A stretch of DNA of 64,000 nucleotides from assembly GCA_965261395.1 (NCBI GenBank), contig OZ253462.1, positions 3,616,001 through 3,680,000 on the forward strand, given 5' to 3'. The notes below the pieces were generated by a model. It worked only from the letters and a program-made list of their open reading frames with translations, had not been told where the DNA came from and searched no databases. Positions 31,307 through 42,041 of the stretch are shown here, piece after piece (positions within the stretch are counted from its first letter, which is position 1; the number at the start of each line of letters is the position of its first letter). A program made the translations under genes and the position numbers. Origin of the DNA: Candidatus Latescibacterota bacterium. GTDB lineage: Bacteria; Latescibacterota; UBA2968; UBA8231.

Positions 31307-31906
31307 ATGCGCGTAGCGGTAATCGGCGCGGACCGCCCTTGGGGAGCGCTGCTAGCGGCTGGGTTGGGCGCGGGGTTTGAGGTGGTGGCGCTCGGAGCAG
31401 AAGACACCAGTGACCTAGCTGGCTATCGGCAGGTCGATTTGCTCCAGCGCGAGGCATTAGACCCGGCGCTGGCAGGTGTGGAGGCCATCGTCCACGCGGC
31501 GGGCGGCGATTCGGGCGGAGACGACGAAGGGGCCGTGCTCGACACTGCGGCGCGGGGTACCTACGTGGCGCTGACGGCGGCCTGTGCCGTTGGCATTAAA
31601 AAAGTGGTGCTGCTGAGTTGTCTCGATTTGGTGCGCGACTATCCGGAAGAATATCTAGTTGATCCGCAGTGGAATGCCTTACCTCGGGCCGAGGCTGGGT
31701 CGCTGGCACTGCTTATGGCCGAATTAGTCGGCCGCGAAATCGCCCGCACCGGCCAGATTGAGGTGCGCTGTCTGCGCCTCGGCGAATTGGATGCGGAGAC
31801 CACGGCTGACGACGTCGTAGCGGCCGTGCGCCAAGCCCTTGCTGCCGAGCGCGAAGGGCACCACTGGTCATTGACACACGTGGCGTCGAGCGGACGCTTC
31901 GCCTGA
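31307..31906 (+). CDS. NAD-dependent epimerase/dehydratase-like protein (degenerate)
   Basis: MRVAVIGA Rossmann start, AIVHAA, RCLRLG. Confidence 0.7.
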   Translation: MRVAVIGADRPWGALLAAGLGAGFEVVALGAEDTSDLAGYRQVDLLQREALDPALAGVEAIVHAAGGDSGGDDEGAVLDTAARGTYVALTAACAVGIKKVVLLSCLDLVRDYPEEYLVDPQWNALPRAEAGSLALLMAELVGREIARTGQIEVRCLRLGELDAETTADDVVAAVRQALAAEREGHHWSLTHVASSGRFA

Positions 31907-31915
31907 AGGGGTATT

Positions 31916-32716
31916 ATGGCAACGGTGAATGAAGGCAAGGTGGTGTTGTTTGGGGCGGGTGGTCCGGTCGGCGCATCGGCGATCTCCGCGCTCAAAGACC
32001 ACTACACGTTGCGGGTGACCGATCTCCGGCCGATGACGGAGGTGGCGGCCGCGCCGCCGCAGGGTCCACGAGCGCCGATCCCGGAGGTGTTGGGGCCGCC
32101 GCACGAAAATCGGGCTGTCGATATTACCGACTACGCGCAAGTGTTGGCCGCCTGCGAGGGCATGGACGCGGCGATCAATGTGTCCGTCGTCCGGCCGCAT
32201 CCCGTGCTGGCCTTCCAAGTCAACATGGTCGGCGCGTACAACGTGGCCAAAGCTTGCGTCGCTTGCGGCATAAAAAGGCTGATTCACACCGGGCCTTTTC
32301 ACACCTCCCTGAACCACAACGCCGACTATTGGAACGACTTCCAAGTGGAAGCCGACATTCCGCTGCATCCAGGCGACGATCTCTACGCGCTAAGCAAGTA
32401 TCTCGGGGGGCACATTACGCGCGTGTTTGCCGAGCGCGAGGGCTTGGAAGTGCTCTCCTTTGTCTATACGCATTTTCGCCCGCGGGAAGTGTTGCCCGAA
32501 GAACAAGGGCAGGGAGTGCATCCCTATACGACCTCGTGGGAGGATACCGGGGAGGCGTTCTTGTATGGGTTGAGGGCACCCGAGATGCCGTCGCTGTACG
32601 AGAATTTCTTCATTTGTACGCGGCTGCCGCACGACAAGTACCGGCCCGACAAGGCCAAGCGACTCTTGGGGTGGGAAGCCAAGGATCGCTTCGAGGCGTT
32701 GTATGCGCGGCCTTAG
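31916..32716 (+). CDS. NAD-dependent epimerase/dehydratase family protein
   Basis: VVLFGAGGPVG, VN..GAYNV, YALSK. Confidence 0.85.
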   Translation: MATVNEGKVVLFGAGGPVGASAISALKDHYTLRVTDLRPMTEVAAAPPQGPRAPIPEVLGPPHENRAVDITDYAQVLAACEGMDAAINVSVVRPHPVLAFQVNMVGAYNVAKACVACGIKRLIHTGPFHTSLNHNADYWNDFQVEADIPLHPGDDLYALSKYLGGHITRVFAEREGLEVLSFVYTHFRPREVLPEEQGQGVHPYTTSWEDTGEAFLYGLRAPEMPSLYENFFICTRLPHDKYRPDKAKRLLGWEAKDRFEALYARP

Positions 32717-34686
32717 TAACTAATCCGATAGATCAGACCGGCCTGATCGTCCGATACCAGCAGTGAACCGTCGGGCATCACGAGCACGTCAACCGGCCGG
32801 CCCCAGTTCGACTCTCCTTGCAGCCAGCCTTCGGCAAATGGCTCGTAACTGACTGCTCCGTCGGCAGCCAAGCGCACTAGAGTGAGGCGATAGCCGATCT
32901 TGCGGGTGCGGTTCCAAGAGCCGTGTTCGGCGATGAAGATCTGATTGCGGTACTCCGCCGGAAACATGTTGCCCCTGTAAAAGCGCATCCCGAGGGCCGC
33001 TACGTGCGGGCCGAGTTCTTGGACTGGCGAGACGAACTCGTCGCAGCCACGCTGAGCGCCGAACGCTGGATCGGCGATGTCGGTGCCGTGGCAGTAGGGA
33101 TAGCCGAAGTGCTGCCCGTCGGCGGCTACTCGGTTCAGTTCGTCTGGCGGCATATCGTCGCCCAGATGGTCTCTGCCGTTTTCCGTGAACCACATTTCCC
33201 CTGTTTCCGGGTGCCAGTCGAAGCCGACGGAATTGCGCACGCCCCGTGCTACGACCTCGAAGTCACCTGTGGAGGGATCCAACCTGCCGATTGACGCGTA
33301 CGGATCGGGGGAAGCGCAGATGTTGCACGGCGCGCCGACCGGCACGTATAGCAAACCATCCGGGCCAAAGCGGATGAATTTCCAGCCGTGGGAGCGGTCT
33401 GTTGGGAAAGCGTCGTTGACGATCTCCGGCGGCGGCGGGTTGTCGAGGTGTGCTTCGATGTCACGATAGCGCAGGATGCGGCTGATTTCGGCTACGTACA
33501 GGTCGCCGTCCTTGAAGGCGACGCCGTTGGGTCTATTCAGACCGCTGGCGAGGATGATGACTCGCTCTGCCTGGTGATCGCCGTCTTCGTCGCGCAGCGC
33601 GTACAGGCGACCGCCGGATCGGGTGCCGACGAATAGGGTGCCATTTGGGCTGAGGCTCAGTGAGCGAGCGCCGGGTACCCCTTCGGCGTACACGCGAATG
33701 TGGAACCCTTCCGGCAGCTTGAGTTGTGTCAGGCGCGGGTCATTGGGTGGTGGTGGATCTACCGACTTGCCGATCTCCGCAGGTAGCGACGGGTCGGATG
33801 GATCGACGCTGTACGTCTCGATGAGCTGGGCGTCGGCTAGGTCAATCTGCCCGTCTTGGCTGACATCGCCCAAGGATATGTCGCCGTTGTTGGGCAGAGC
33901 GATGGAGGGGTCTTCGCTGTACAGGGCGACCAGCAGTGCATCGGCCCGATCGACGCGGCCGTTGTTATCGAGGTCGCCCAACAGCCTGCTCACCGCCACC
34001 GTATCCCGGGGAACGCTTTCGAGTAATTCGACCACGATCTCGACGGGCGCTCCGTCAGCACGCACCCGAAAGGCTGGGTCCGCGTAGGCGATCAGTGCTT
34101 GGCCTGAGACGGTCAACCCATATACCTGCGCTGCTCCCACTAACTCCGTGTCTGCCGGACCCTCAGAGATGCTCCCAACCGCCCCGTCGAGTAACACCAT
34201 CGACTGAGTTAAACGCATCCCATCGCCAACTAGCCGGTAGAGATACAATCCTGCCGCGACTCCATGCCCTGCCGCATCCGTACCATTCCAAGTCGCCGTG
34301 TGAAAGCCCGCCGGTTGCTCCGCATCCACCAACGTCGCTAGGCGCTGACCCAGGACGTTGAACACCTCCAGCCGCACGCGGGTCGAGACCGGCAGTTGAT
34401 AGGGAATGATTGTGGAAGGATTAAACGGGTTGGGGTAATTCTGCCCTAAGTAAAACTGTTCTGGCAGGGCGGTCGTACTCAATGCCGCTAGAGGCAGGGC
34501 GAAATAGCCATTCTCATCGGTGGTAGCGCGGACCGAGCGGCTCAGGTCGGTCGGAGCAAACAGCCGCACTTGCGCGCCGCCGACCGGCTGTCCGGAGGCC
34601 AGCCGCACCCGTCCTTCGATCAATGTCTCGGCGCTGGCACCGACGACTAAGAGCAGTCCCATGAGGTGTCCGATTATCAACCTCAT
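32713..34686 (-). CDS. Secreted modular PQQ-dependent sugar/sorbosone dehydrogenase with carboxypeptidase-regulatory, FlgD and dockerin-like domains
   Basis: Signal peptide; QNYPNPFNPST; GDLDNNGRVD..DA and GDVSQDGQID..DA; HGWK...FGPDG.LY, GVRNSVGFDW, EHGSWNR. Confidence 0.87.
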   Translation of the reverse strand: MRLIIGHLMGLLLVVGASAETLIEGRVRLASGQPVGGAQVRLFAPTDLSRSVRATTDENGYFALPLAALSTTALPEQFYLGQNYPNPFNPSTIIPYQLPVSTRVRLEVFNVLGQRLATLVDAEQPAGFHTATWNGTDAAGHGVAAGLYLYRLVGDGMRLTQSMVLLDGAVGSISEGPADTELVGAAQVYGLTVSGQALIAYADPAFRVRADGAPVEIVVELLESVPRDTVAVSRLLGDLDNNGRVDRADALLVALYSEDPSIALPNNGDISLGDVSQDGQIDLADAQLIETYSVDPSDPSLPAEIGKSVDPPPPNDPRLTQLKLPEGFHIRVYAEGVPGARSLSLSPNGTLFVGTRSGGRLYALRDEDGDHQAERVIILASGLNRPNGVAFKDGDLYVAEISRILRYRDIEAHLDNPPPPEIVNDAFPTDRSHGWKFIRFGPDGLLYVPVGAPCNICASPDPYASIGRLDPSTGDFEVVARGVRNSVGFDWHPETGEMWFTENGRDHLGDDMPPDELNRVAADGQHFGYPYCHGTDIADPAFGAQRGCDEFVSPVQELGPHVAALGMRFYRGNMFPAEYRNQIFIAEHGSWNRTRKIGYRLTLVRLAADGAVSYEPFAEGWLQGESNWGRPVDVLVMPDGSLLVSDDQAGLIYRISY

Positions 34687-34712
34687 AACGCTCGTTCCCT
34701 AAAGAGTGGTAG

Positions 34713-34865
34713 TATGCCAAGCGGCATGGACGACTTCACAGCAGTGCTTCGGTTAGCTCGGTGAAAGGGTGCGGCTTGAAGGTACCTATTTCTTCAACCG
34801 GGACAATGCGGTTGGCTGCCAGATGGGCCAAAAAGTCCGCCTCGCCATTGGACAGAGCCACTAGG
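34713..34865 (-). repeat. Decayed, internally deleted copy of the 3' end of the HAD gene (38270-38624)
   Basis: Three collinear blocks, e.g. CCAAAAAGTCCGCCTCGCCATTGGACAGAGC identical in both places. Confidence 0.88.
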
Positions 34866-34946
34866 TAGTAGTAATAGTATTAGCCATCTGCACGAAATTG
34901 AACGTTAGTTCCTTACACATCTCAACCCAGAAAAAGGAGAGGCCAT

Positions 34947-37900
34947 ATGCGACTCTGGAGCAAGTGCATTTTTATAACCCTACTTTTGGCCTTGCCTGTC
35001 GCCCACGCTCAGGCCGAATCAACGGGTACCATTGTGGGGACTGTCGTCGATGCTGAGAAAGGGATGGTGCTAGATCTCGCCCAAGTCTATATCGCGGAGT
35101 TGAACAAGAGCGCGGTATGGGACGCGGACGGTCGCTTCACCATGGCCGATGTCCCCGCTGGCGAGCATCTGCTCGCAGCCGAATTGATCGGCTACGAAAG
35201 CGCAGCCACCACCGTCGTGGTCGTCGAGGGAGAGACCGCGACCGTCGAGCTGGAGCTGATGGCCAAGGCGGTCGAATTGGAGGAAGTGGTGGTGACCGGT
35301 ACCGCCTTTAAGGAATCCCCTATCAGCTTGCCCTACGCAGTCGCGGTGACCGGCCGGGAAAAGATGGCCGAACAAGGGTCGCCGCAGGCGGTTGATTTCT
35401 TCAAGAACTTGAGCGCCAGCCACGGGGTGATCGGCGAGCGCAGCAGTTGGTACAACGCCAACCAAGCCGCCACCCTTTCCGAGAACATTGCTAACGTGAA
35501 CCTGCGTGGCTTGGGAGCCTCGCGGACGCTGGTGTTGATCAACAGCCGTCGCCAGACCTATGTCCCGGCGCGCTTGATCGGTGGGCGCTTCGTCGATGTA
35601 AATGCCATCCCAGCCATCGCCATAGACCGGGTCGAGGTGCTCAAGGAGGGGGCCTCGGCCATCTATGGATCGGATGCAGTGGCCGGCGTTGCCAATTTCT
35701 TGACTCGCGCCGACTTCGAGGGCTTTGAGGTCTCGGCCGCGCACGAGTATTTCGCCGGTGCGGGCGATACCAACGCCGGCGCGATCTGGGGTGGGAAACT
35801 CGGCAGTGCCCATGCGATTGTTGCTGGGGAATGGAGGGGACGGCAAAAGTTGCCGGCCTCCGAAAGGGACTACCTGCTGCAGCCGTGGCACGGCGGCGGG
35901 CAGCGCCTCGGATGGTCGAGCTTGGGGAACCCGGGCACTTTCGCCGTTGGCGCGCCGGCCCCTTGGACCGCTGCCATCCACGCCCCGCGTTGCGAGCAGT
36001 TTGGCGGCTTTCGGGAATCTTGGACTTGCCGCTTCCGCTATCAGCAGTATGAGAATCTGATCGAGGACATGAGCCATATCCGTGCTTTTACCGAAATCAA
36101 CGGTGAGCTGGACAATGGCACGGAGTATCACCTTGAGGGCTTGTGGGCCGAGGCTGAGATTCCCGAGTGGTACACCACGCCTTCGTACCCTCCCTTCCCC
36201 CTGACAGACACGAGCATCATGGAAGTCGCGCCCAACCACCCGGGCCGGGAGGCCTTCTGCGCGGACTACGGCGCTGAGGAAGGCGACCTGTACTACAACG
36301 AATGCCAAGGCGGCGATAACTGGTATCTCAATGGCCGTCCATTTGGCAACTCGGGTCCTGGGCGCATACTGGGCCGCGACTCCCGCACGTGGCGCGTGGC
36401 GGCTTCCGCCAATGGCGATTTTGTGGCACTCGGTGATCGAGAGACCCATTTTGATCTGGGTCTGTCCTATTCCCGCACCGAGGGCAACTACAACCTGCCG
36501 GGGGTGTACATCGAGCGGCTGTTCCTCGGCTTCCGCGGGTTTGGCGGACCCGATTGCGGCGTTGGCGTGGATGCCGATCTTTCGTCTCTTGCTGGGATGC
36601 GGCTCGGCCCACTCAACGGCCAAGTGGCGGGTCAGGGCGACTGCCAGTACTACAACCCCTTCGGCAATGCCATCGAGTTCGCGGATCAATATGGCGCGGA
36701 TTTTGCAACTCAAGCGAATCCCGATTACCGCGCCAACCTTGCCAACAGCCCCGAGTTGCGACACTGGCTCAATCAGGAAGTTGATCTACAGAGTACCGCG
36801 GATATACTGGTCGCCGATGCGACGTTGAGCGGCACTTGGATTGAGGATGTCGCCAGTTACGCGGCCGGCTACCAGTTCCGCCTGCTCAATGCCAGCGGCG
36901 ATCCCAACGACGAGGGCGACGTGACCATCAACCCCTGCCCGGTGGTGGGCGATGAGACCTGCTCAGCCGAGGACAGGTTCGGTCCCTATGCGTTCACCAA
37001 TGTGAATCGGCCGTATGATGAATCGCAGACGGTGCATCGCGTCTTTGCCGAGATTCCCCTGAGCTTGGGATCGCGCTTTGACACCCAACTCGCCGCCAAC
37101 TACGAGTTCCACGATGTGGCGAGCAGTTTCGATCCCAAGTTTGGGTGGCGCTATCAGCTAGTGGAATCTTCGACTCAATCCGTGTTTCTGCGCGGCTCGG
37201 TGCAGACGACGTTCCGCACGCCATCGCTGGACGATGTGAATGAAAGTCCGCTTTCGACGCTCGAGTGGATCAATGAGACGGGTGCCTATCAAACGGTGGA
37301 CCGATTCGGCAGCAAGGATCTCAAACCCGAACAGGCTTTTACCTATAATGCGGGCTTTGTCTTAGTCACCGAGGAGGGCTTTGATGCGACGTTTGACTAC
37401 TGGAGCTACGATTTCAAGGATGTAATCGGGGCCATGCCGCACGGGGCCATTACCGCCTTATATGCCGATGAAGCCAATAATGAGGCCCTGAAGCAGTTCA
37501 TTTTCTGCCCGGACGGGATCGGTACGGGCACGTGCGCGGCCTCAGAACTGGAGCGGGTGCAAGTTGATATCATCAATTGGCCAGGGGTCAAGACCTCGGG
37601 GATTGATTTGCATCTGGGCGGGCACACGGACGCCGGAGTGGGGGAATTTTCGCTCAACTTGGACGCTACGTACACGCTGGAGTACCGGACGAAGGCCTTA
37701 GAGCACCTGCACGAGAAGGCAGACGCTACCGTCGACACGTTGGTGCTTCAGGATGCGGCAGACGCGGCCGGCTACCTGAACTTTGGCAATCCCATTGCAA
37801 CCTCGCTACCGAAGTTGAAGGGGCAGGTGTCGGCGGGCTATTACTGGGAAGCCTACCGCCTCGTGAGCTTCTTGAACTACATTTCGTCGTACGAGGACCG

Positions 37901-38159
37901 GGGGTCAATGGATCAGGAAGGGGAAGATAATATCGCTGATAAGGTCGAAGAAGTATTCGGCACCATTGACTCGTTCGTCACTTGGGATGTGAGCTTGCTG
38001 TGGGACTTGTCCGAGGGCGTCAATATCGCGCTGTCGGGGATGAACCTGCTCGACACTATGCCGCCGCTGGTCAACATCGAGCAAGCGTACGACGGCTTTA
38101 CACACGACCCCAAGGGACGACGGGTGAAGCTGGCCGTGTCCTATAATTTTGGCGGGTGA
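34947..38159 (+). CDS. TonB-dependent receptor
   Basis: Signal peptide; EEVVVTGT; plug motifs NLRGLGASRTLVLIN and IDRVEVLKEGASAIYGSDAVAGV; barrel end GRR...VSYNF. Confidence 0.95.
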   Translation: MRLWSKCIFITLLLALPVAHAQAESTGTIVGTVVDAEKGMVLDLAQVYIAELNKSAVWDADGRFTMADVPAGEHLLAAELIGYESAATTVVVVEGETATVELELMAKAVELEEVVVTGTAFKESPISLPYAVAVTGREKMAEQGSPQAVDFFKNLSASHGVIGERSSWYNANQAATLSENIANVNLRGLGASRTLVLINSRRQTYVPARLIGGRFVDVNAIPAIAIDRVEVLKEGASAIYGSDAVAGVANFLTRADFEGFEVSAAHEYFAGAGDTNAGAIWGGKLGSAHAIVAGEWRGRQKLPASERDYLLQPWHGGGQRLGWSSLGNPGTFAVGAPAPWTAAIHAPRCEQFGGFRESWTCRFRYQQYENLIEDMSHIRAFTEINGELDNGTEYHLEGLWAEAEIPEWYTTPSYPPFPLTDTSIMEVAPNHPGREAFCADYGAEEGDLYYNECQGGDNWYLNGRPFGNSGPGRILGRDSRTWRVAASANGDFVALGDRETHFDLGLSYSRTEGNYNLPGVYIERLFLGFRGFGGPDCGVGVDADLSSLAGMRLGPLNGQVAGQGDCQYYNPFGNAIEFADQYGADFATQANPDYRANLANSPELRHWLNQEVDLQSTADILVADATLSGTWIEDVASYAAGYQFRLLNASGDPNDEGDVTINPCPVVGDETCSAEDRFGPYAFTNVNRPYDESQTVHRVFAEIPLSLGSRFDTQLAANYEFHDVASSFDPKFGWRYQLVESSTQSVFLRGSVQTTFRTPSLDDVNESPLSTLEWINETGAYQTVDRFGSKDLKPEQAFTYNAGFVLVTEEGFDATFDYWSYDFKDVIGAMPHGAITALYADEANNEALKQFIFCPDGIGTGTCAASELERVQVDIINWPGVKTSGIDLHLGGHTDAGVGEFSLNLDATYTLEYRTKALEHLHEKADATVDTLVLQDAADAAGYLNFGNPIATSLPKLKGQVSAGYYWEAYRLVSFLNYISSYEDRGSMDQEGEDNIADKVEEVFGTIDSFVTWDVSLLWDLSEGVNIALSGMNLLDTMPPLVNIEQAYDGFTHDPKGRRVKLAVSYNFGG

Positions 38160-38197
38160 CGTCTGGCGGCGACCTGCGGTATTGTTGGACTTTACTT

Positions 38198-38243
38198 AAA
38201 GAGGGCGGCTAGCGGAGAAGATTGGTCCGCTAGCCGCTCTTTT
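38198..38243. terminator. Intrinsic, probably bidirectional, terminator
   Basis: 12-bp stem GCGGCTAGCGGA / TCCGCTAGCCGC with A-rich and T-rich flanks, between convergent genes. Confidence 0.8.
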
Positions 38244-38293
38244 GCTCGTCTGCATGACTGATCGCGACGTATAGCCGAGCGGTATAGGCGGCT

Positions 38294-38989
38294 TTACAAC
38301 AGCGCCTCGGTTAGCTCGGTAAAATTTCCCACCTCCACATCGGGCCGGTACGGCGTTTCTTCGTAGGGCAGGGCGTTGCGGTTGACGAAAGCCCCCCTCA
38401 TGCCACAGGCCCGCGCCCCCATCACATCGAATGAATTGGCTGAAACCATCATGCACTGTCCCACTTCTAGGTGCAGCGAGGTTGCGGCCCGACGGTACAC
38501 CCCAGGATGCGGCTTGAAGGCACCTACTTCCTCGACCGAGACGATGCGGTCGAAGTCCCAGCCAATGCGGTTGGTCGCCAGATGGACCAAAAAGTCCGCC
38601 TCGCCATTGGACAGAGCGACTAGGCGATAGCGCTTCTTTAGCTTTTCAAGGGCCGCTCTCACATCGGCGAAGGGGTTGAGGTGCTGCCAGGCTTCCATGA
38701 GCCGGGGGACATCCCCTGCGGTCGCGTTTATTCCCTCCAAAGCCAAGACGTAGATCAAGGCTCGCCGCACCGTCTCCAAATAGCCGCTGTGGCCCAACAG
38801 GAGAATGTTGTCCTGATATTGCTCTAGGCGCTGGCGCGCCCGCCATTGGTTCCACAGGTGCTCGGGCGCGACTGGAGATCCTTTATCACGCAAGTAGGAC
38901 GCGATGGCCGGGGTCAGACTGCCGCCCAAGTCGAGAACGGTGCCGAATAGGTCGAAGGTGAGGGCTTGTACCGTCGAAAATTTGGTCAT
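38294..38989 (-). CDS. Haloacid dehalogenase type II (HAD)
   Basis: FDLFGTV.D, LSNG, FKPHP.VY, VSAN.FD..GA. Confidence 0.9.
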   Translation of the reverse strand: MTKFSTVQALTFDLFGTVLDLGGSLTPAIASYLRDKGSPVAPEHLWNQWRARQRLEQYQDNILLLGHSGYLETVRRALIYVLALEGINATAGDVPRLMEAWQHLNPFADVRAALEKLKKRYRLVALSNGEADFLVHLATNRIGWDFDRIVSVEEVGAFKPHPGVYRRAATSLHLEVGQCMMVSANSFDVMGARACGMRGAFVNRNALPYEETPYRPDVEVGNFTELTEALL

Positions 38990-39089
38990 ATTATTTGCCT
39001 TGTTGTGTTTGTTGCGCGCTAAGCGATTGCGTAATTTACTCTATCTGCGAGCGGTAGAACAAGCACCTTATTAGAATGACTAGTATGCA

Positions 39090-39992
39090 ATGTGCGGCAT
39101 TGTTGGGCTATACGTAAAAAAACGCGACTTGGCCGACCAACTCGGCGCGCTGTTCGCCGAGATGCTGATATGCATGAGCGACCGCGGCCCCGATAGCGCG
39201 GGGTTGGCGCTCTATGGCAATGAGCAGCCGGAAGGCTTTATCAAGGTCACCTTGCGGCACGCGGCCGACGACTACGACTGGCCGGGGCTGGCCGACCAAC
39301 TCGGTGCGCGCTTTAGCTGCGAGGCGAGCCTGCGCGTCAACGCCAACTACGCGGTCATCGCAGTGCGCGCCGACGCCGAAGCACTGGGGCAGACGCTGGC
39401 TGGCTCAGACCCTAACCTGACGGTAATGAGCATCGGCCGCAGCATCGAGATCCTCAAAGAGATCGGCGCGCCCGCTGAGATCGTTGATCGCTTTGGCGTG
39501 CGCAAGATGCGCGGCACGCACATCATCGGCCACACGCGCATGGCCACCGAGAGCGCGGTGACCACCGACGGCTCGCATCCCTTTTCCACGGGCATGGACC
39601 TCTGCTTAGTACACAACGGGTCGCTGAGCAACCACAATCGGCTGCGCACGCGCCTGGAGCGCAGCGGGATCGAAATCCGCACGGAAAACGATTCGGAAGT
39701 GGCCGCTGGCTATTTGATGTGGCGGATGCAGCAGGGGGATACCTTGCAAGCGGCCCTGCAAGCGGCGCTCGACGATCTGGACGGCTTCTATACCTTTGCC
39801 ATTGGCACGGCCGATGGCTTTGCGGTCTTGCGCGACCCGATCGCCTGCAAGCCAGCGGTGCTGGCCGAGACGGACGCGTACGTGGCGATGGCCAGCGAGT
39901 TCCAGGCGCTATCGGGCTTGCCGGGGATCGACGACGCGGAGGTCTGGGAGCCCAAGCCGGCGCGGGTGTACACTTGGGGGGGAGCCAATTGA
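39090..39992 (+). CDS. glxB: Class II glutamine amidotransferase; N-methylglutamate synthase subunit A
   Basis: MCGIVG, RGPDSAG, GHTRMATES, HNGSLSNH; operon context. Confidence 0.88.
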   Translation: MCGIVGLYVKKRDLADQLGALFAEMLICMSDRGPDSAGLALYGNEQPEGFIKVTLRHAADDYDWPGLADQLGARFSCEASLRVNANYAVIAVRADAEALGQTLAGSDPNLTVMSIGRSIEILKEIGAPAEIVDRFGVRKMRGTHIIGHTRMATESAVTTDGSHPFSTGMDLCLVHNGSLSNHNRLRTRLERSGIEIRTENDSEVAAGYLMWRMQQGDTLQAALQAALDDLDGFYTFAIGTADGFAVLRDPIACKPAVLAETDAYVAMASEFQALSGLPGIDDAEVWEPKPARVYTWGGAN

Positions 39993-40684
39993 TGGGCGCG
40001 GAGGTTTTCGACTTGGCGACCGGGGCGTTGCGCCAGCTCAACCAGCGCCTGCACGACCTGACCGAGGAGACGGCCAAGGCGCCGTGGCGGATTCTGCATC
40101 CACGCGGTGCGCACGCAGTGGCCGCCGGGGTCGATGCGCCGGTGGAGATCGATATCGAAGGCCATGTTGGCTACTATTGCGCTGGCATGAATCAGCACGC
40201 TCGCATCACCGTCCACGGGATGGTCGGGGTCGGAGTGGCCGAGAACATGATGTCGGGGCTGGTGAGAGTGAAGGGCCACGCCAGTCAGTGCGCTGGGGCT
40301 ACCGGGCACGGCGGTCTGCTGGTCATCGAGGGCGATGCGGCGAGCCGCTGCGGGATTTCGATGAAGGGGATCGATATTGTGGTCGGCGGCTCGGTCGGCC
40401 ACAGCAGTTGCTTTATGGCCCAAGCCGGCAACTTAGTCGTCTGCGGCGATGCCGACGAGGCCTTGGGCGACTCGCTGTACGAGGCGCGGATTTTCGTTCG
40501 CGGCCGGGTCGCGGGCTTGGGGGCCGACTGCATTGAAAAGCCCATGCGCGACGAGCACTTGAGCGCGTTGGCCGAGTTGCTGGCGCGAGCGGATTTGCCC
40601 GATGTTCGCCCCGAGGAATTCCGCCGCTATGGCTCGGCGCGCCAGCTTTACAACTTCAAAGTAGATAACGCATCCGAGTATTAG
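39992..40684 (+). CDS. glxC: GXGXG-domain protein; N-methylglutamate synthase subunit B
   Basis: GYYCAGMN, ENMMSG, RCGISMKG, LGDSLYE, YGSAR.LYNF. Confidence 0.88.
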   Translation: MGAEVFDLATGALRQLNQRLHDLTEETAKAPWRILHPRGAHAVAAGVDAPVEIDIEGHVGYYCAGMNQHARITVHGMVGVGVAENMMSGLVRVKGHASQCAGATGHGGLLVIEGDAASRCGISMKGIDIVVGGSVGHSSCFMAQAGNLVVCGDADEALGDSLYEARIFVRGRVAGLGADCIEKPMRDEHLSALAELLARADLPDVRPEEFRRYGSARQLYNFKVDNASEY

Positions 40685-40691
40685 AAGGTCT

Positions 40692-42041
40692 ATGACGCAA
40701 TCACACCACAGCCAAGAGGGCCTGCGCGAATCGGCGACCTTTGGCCGCGACGTCATCTATGAGATCCAGCGCGCCGCGCGCACTGGGATCTACGATATCC
40801 GCGGCTGGGGGGCCAAGCGCCGGGTGCCCCATTTTGACGACTTGGTCTTTTTGGGCGCGAGCATGTCGCGCTATCCGCTGGAAGGCTACCGCGAGCGCTG
40901 CGACACCGATGTGGTGTTGGGCACGCGCTACGCCAAAAACCCGATCCGCCTCGACATCCCCGTCACTATCGCGGGAATGAGCTTTGGCTCGCTGTCGGCG
41001 CAGGCCAAAGAAGCGCTCGGCCGCGGTGCCAGCGAGGTGGGTACGAGCACCACGACCGGCGACGGCGGGATGACGCCGGAGGAGCGCGAACAGTCGCGGA
41101 TTTTGGTCTATCAGCTTTTGCCCTCGCGCTACGGCATGAACCCCGACGATTTGCGGAAGGCCGATGCCATTGAGGTGGTGCTCGGCCAGGGGGCCAAGCC
41201 CGGCGGCGGCGGCATGCTGTTGGGCCAGAAGATCAGCGACCGCGTCGCCCAGATGCGGACCTTGCCCAAGGACATCGACCAGCGCTCGGCCTGCCGCCAC
41301 CCGGACTGGACCGGCCCCGACGACTTGGCGATCAAAATTGTGGAATTGCGCGAGATCACCGACTGGAAGGTGCCGATCTACGTCAAAATCGGCGCGACCC
41401 GGACCTACTACGACACGCTCTTGGCGATCAAGGCCGGAGCCGACGTGGTGGTGCTCGATGGGATGCAGGGCGGCACGGGCGCGACCCAAGATGTGTTCAT
41501 CGAGCACGTGGGGATCCCGACTCTACCAGCCGTGCGCCAAGCCGTGGAAGCGCTCGACGAATTGGATATGCACCGCAAGGTGCAGCTCATTGTGTCTGGG
41601 GGCATTCGCAGCGGCGCGGATGTGGCCAAGGCCCTGGCGATGGGGGCGGACGCCTGTTCGATTGGCACAGCCGCGCTCATTGCGCTGGGCGACAACAGCC
41701 CGCATTTGGACGCCGAATACCGCCAAATTGGCTCGGCCGCTGGCTTTTACGACGACTTGCAGGACGGCCAAGACCCGGCCGGCATCTCGACCCAGAACGA
41801 CACATTGGCCCAGCGTCTCGACCCGGTGGCTGGAGGCCGACAGCTTGCCAATTATCTGCGGGTAATGACCATGGAGTGCCAGACCATTGCCCGCGCCTGC
41901 GGCAAATCGCACGTACACAACCTAGAGCCAGAGGACTTGGCGGCGCTGACTATTGAGGCGGCAGCCATGGCCAAGATCCCTTTGGCTGGGACGGATTGGA
42001 TTCCTGGAAACACGCCAACTAAAGGAGCCTGCTGTGACTGA
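40692..42041 (+). CDS. glxD: FMN-binding glutamate synthase family; N-methylglutamate synthase subunit C
   Basis: MSFGSLS, TTTGDGG, GQGAKPGGGG, RHPDWTGPDDL. Confidence 0.9.
   Translation: MTQSHHSQEGLRESATFGRDVIYEIQRAARTGIYDIRGWGAKRRVPHFDDLVFLGASMSRYPLEGYRERCDTDVVLGTRYAKNPIRLDIPVTIAGMSFGSLSAQAKEALGRGASEVGTSTTTGDGGMTPEEREQSRILVYQLLPSRYGMNPDDLRKADAIEVVLGQGAKPGGGGMLLGQKISDRVAQMRTLPKDIDQRSACRHPDWTGPDDLAIKIVELREITDWKVPIYVKIGATRTYYDTLLAIKAGADVVVLDGMQGGTGATQDVFIEHVGIPTLPAVRQAVEALDELDMHRKVQLIVSGGIRSGADVAKALAMGADACSIGTAALIALGDNSPHLDAEYRQIGSAAGFYDDLQDGQDPAGISTQNDTLAQRLDPVAGGRQLANYLRVMTMECQTIARACGKSHVHNLEPEDLAALTIEAAAMAKIPLAGTDWIPGNTPTKGACCD

Noticed and set aside
35070-36764. Long antisense ORFs (also 6038-7177, 9082-9939, 55202-56173)
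   Set aside because: Shadow ORFs of well-supported GC-rich genes, with no recognisable motifs.
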